This document shows positions 62,289-64,000 of a stretch of 64,000 nt of DNA, one piece after another. The position numbers and the translations under genes are program-made. Origin of the DNA: Candidatus Woesearchaeota archaeon (GTDB lineage Archaea > Nanobdellota > Nanobdellia > Pacearchaeales > GW2011-AR1); NCBI GenBank assembly GCA_964617015.1, contig CAZTVG010000001.1:46584-110583 (forward strand), in the 5' to 3' direction. Each line of letters opens with the position of its first letter. The stretch's first letter is position 1. Below the pieces are notes generated by a model. It was not told where the DNA came from and made no database searches. It worked only from the letters and a program-made list of their open reading frames with translations.

Positions 62289-64000
62289 TTAAACAAGATT
62301 TCCCATAACGACAAAAGTCAAAATGAACAAGGCTATCGTGGTTAACAAAGCAGTAAAGAAGAAAAGCATTATTCCTTTCATAAGATTTTTTCCTGTTTCA
62401 CTTGTTCTCTGGAGTTTGTCTTCTCCTGAATCTACAGTTACAAGAGTTCTTGTTAGAATGAAAATTATTTGAATAAGGTAAATTCCTATTATTATCTGCA
62501 AAAAGTAAGGAGGAATCATTTTAGTAACTTCAAAGATATTCAGGATTGCTCCAAGATTTGCCACACCTTCTCCCTGAATCTCAGATATTCTCAGTCTGCT
62601 CAGAATTGTCGTTATCATTGCCGCTAGACCCACAACAACTCCTGAAAGAAGAGGGGCAAGGAAAGACATGGTGCTTTTCATGTCAGAAATGACCTCTGCA
62701 AGCATATCCTTCAGCCTCGAAGTGATTTTATGTATATTTTTGACATACTCTGAAATACTCATCATGCTGATTGCTGCAATTTTCAGGCCTTTCTTGGAAG
62801 ACTCTATGAGAATTTTCATGCTTGTGGCAATAAGGTCAGAGGGATAAGATATGATTGCTCCTCTTCTTGAATCAAAAATAGCTCTCTCAACGCTCATCCC
62901 CATCTGTTTTATGTTGTAATTAACTCTCCTGAAGAATTCTTCTGTTCTAAGTCCCCTGGAAGTCTCTGCAACTTTTCCAAATACAAGTTCAGGAGGGACT
63001 CCATTACCTATTCTGTTTCCAAGCTGGAACAAAGAGTTGTTAAATTCAAGTTCAAGCTGTTTTGTCTTTTTCCTTTCAATTATCAGTTCTTTGGTTCTTG
63101 CCTTAAAAGATATTGCAAAAAACAAAGCGAGGCCGAGAGGAATAAACATGCTTAAAATCAGGGCCCCTACTCCAAAAGGACCCTTAACTCCTGCTCCCGA
63201 ATCAGCAAAACCAAAAACATTTTCATCACCAAAAAAGCCCAATCCAATTTCAGAAAAAGTGAAATCTTTTTGCAGGCCAAGAAGTTCAGGCAGGGGTGTA
63301 TACTGGAAAATAAAAGGCAAAAACCCTATTATGAAAAAAGGAAGAACTATAAGAAATGCGGTGAAATAGGGTGCCTTACTTTTGTATTTGGGATAGAGGG
63401 GATTTCTTTCCAGTAAAGATGTTTCACCATAGCCTCCCGGCCTCAGAAAAATAATTTTATCCGTAAGATAAAAAACAAAGAAAGGAATTATCAGATTAAA
63501 AAACACAAAAATATGAATCCATGTAAGTAAGCCTCCGAGCATTGCAGTAGCCAGAGGAAGCAAGGCGAGGCCGAGAGTTGGCAATACAATTCCAAGCATG
63601 TAAACATTTGTTAAAGGACTTTTCACCGTATGAGTAAATTTAAGCATATTATCATAAACTCCGTCAAGAACTACTCTCAGGGATTTTTCAAGAGTAATTA
63701 TTCTTCTTGAATTATCAGGCTCATACAGACTGCTTTCAATGAGGTGGAAGGCTTCAATAAATTCCACAGAATAGTCCCTCCATATTTCGAGATAATTGTC
63801 AAGACTTTCTTTAATTGTTGAAAACTTTCCGACCTGGACATCATAAAAAACTTTCTTGAGGTCCAGTGCGAGAGGATACTGGAGATGCTCTGAAGCAAAA
63901 GCAATTGCTCTCTCAAAATTAGGGGTATGCCTCATGTAAACCACGACGTACAGAATTGCGGGAACCATCTGGCTACTGGCCTTAAGCCGCCATTTGTTTG
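62289..64000 (-). CDS. TadC/FlaJ-like (T2SS-F family) polytopic membrane platform protein; 5' end probably beyond window
   Basis: At least 559 aa. Alternating cytoplasmic helical domains and TM bundles. The reading frame is open upstream of the first Met to the window edge. Confidence 0.5.
   Translation of the reverse strand, partial: NKWRLKASSQMVPAILYVVVYMRHTPNFERAIAFASEHLQYPLALDLKKVFYDVQVGKFSTIKESLDNYLEIWRDYSVEFIEAFHLIESSLYEPDNSRRIITLEKSLRVVLDGVYDNMLKFTHTVKSPLTNVYMLGIVLPTLGLALLPLATAMLGGLLTWIHIFVFFNLIIPFFVFYLTDKIIFLRPGGYGETSLLERNPLYPKYKSKAPYFTAFLIVLPFFIIGFLPFIFQYTPLPELLGLQKDFTFSEIGLGFFGDENVFGFADSGAGVKGPFGVGALILSMFIPLGLALFFAISFKARTKELIIERKKTKQLELEFNNSLFQLGNRIGNGVPPELVFGKVAETSRGLRTEEFFRRVNYNIKQMGMSVERAIFDSRRGAIISYPSDLIATSMKILIESSKKGLKIAAISMMSISEYVKNIHKITSRLKDMLAEVISDMKSTMSFLAPLLSGVVVGLAAMITTILSRLRISEIQGEGVANLGAILNIFEVTKMIPPYFLQIIIGIYLIQIIFILTRTLVTVDSGEDKLQRTSETGKNLMKGIMLFFFTALLTTIALFILTFVVMGNLV

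Noticed and set aside
1-64000. Search for CRISPR arrays, rRNA genes, IS elements and transposases
   Set aside because: No regularly spaced direct repeats with unique spacers were seen. There are no rRNA-like GC-rich conserved blocks and no DDE or serine/tyrosine recombinase motifs. The only mobile-type elements found are the RadA intein and the LAGLIDADG gene.

Overview
The window is an AT-rich archaeal chromosome fragment. Archaeal information-processing markers are present: TFB, RadA carrying an intein, aIF2-alpha, Nop10, eS17, eS8, eL42/L44e, eS1/S3Ae, SRP54, FtsY, EndA, Bud32, EF-1beta, RNase Z and an LSm protein. Lysine-rich proteins and compact overlapping genes suggest a small-genome, DPANN-like organism, but that is an inference. 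I count 7 tRNA genes, one with a 48-nt intron, plus a diverged tRNA-Leu 3' half and one non-canonical tRNA-Val-like element. No rRNA, CRISPR array or recognisable transposase was found.

Standing out from the housekeeping background are:
- A cell-surface gene cluster (5.9-15.1 kb) of sequon-rich proteins. One is a large two-pass membrane protein whose cytoplasmic tail carries tandem sigma70-region-4-like HTH repeats. Its ectodomain has been recently duplicated into a neighbouring gene.
- An operon next to tRNA-Leu (19.8-28.3 kb) encoding a 607-aa protein with a pilin-type class III signal peptide, a 50-aa zinc-ribbon protein that is not in the ORF track, and a 2136-aa secreted giant protein ending in a lytic-transglycosylase (lysozyme-like) domain. 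This is the most interesting candidate system.
- A very AT-rich island (28.9-34.3 kb) with a free-standing LAGLIDADG endonuclease abutting a tRNA-Val-like element, a Pol-beta-superfamily nucleotidyltransferase with a Gln at the third catalytic position, GT2, a SAM-methyltransferase and a split GT-B (Alg14/Alg13-like) pair.
- A type IV pilus-like locus (57.4 kb to the window end) with a prepilin peptidase, nine small pilin-like genes and a TadC/FlaJ-like platform protein.

All calls rest on motif and pattern reading of the translations; no database search was run.
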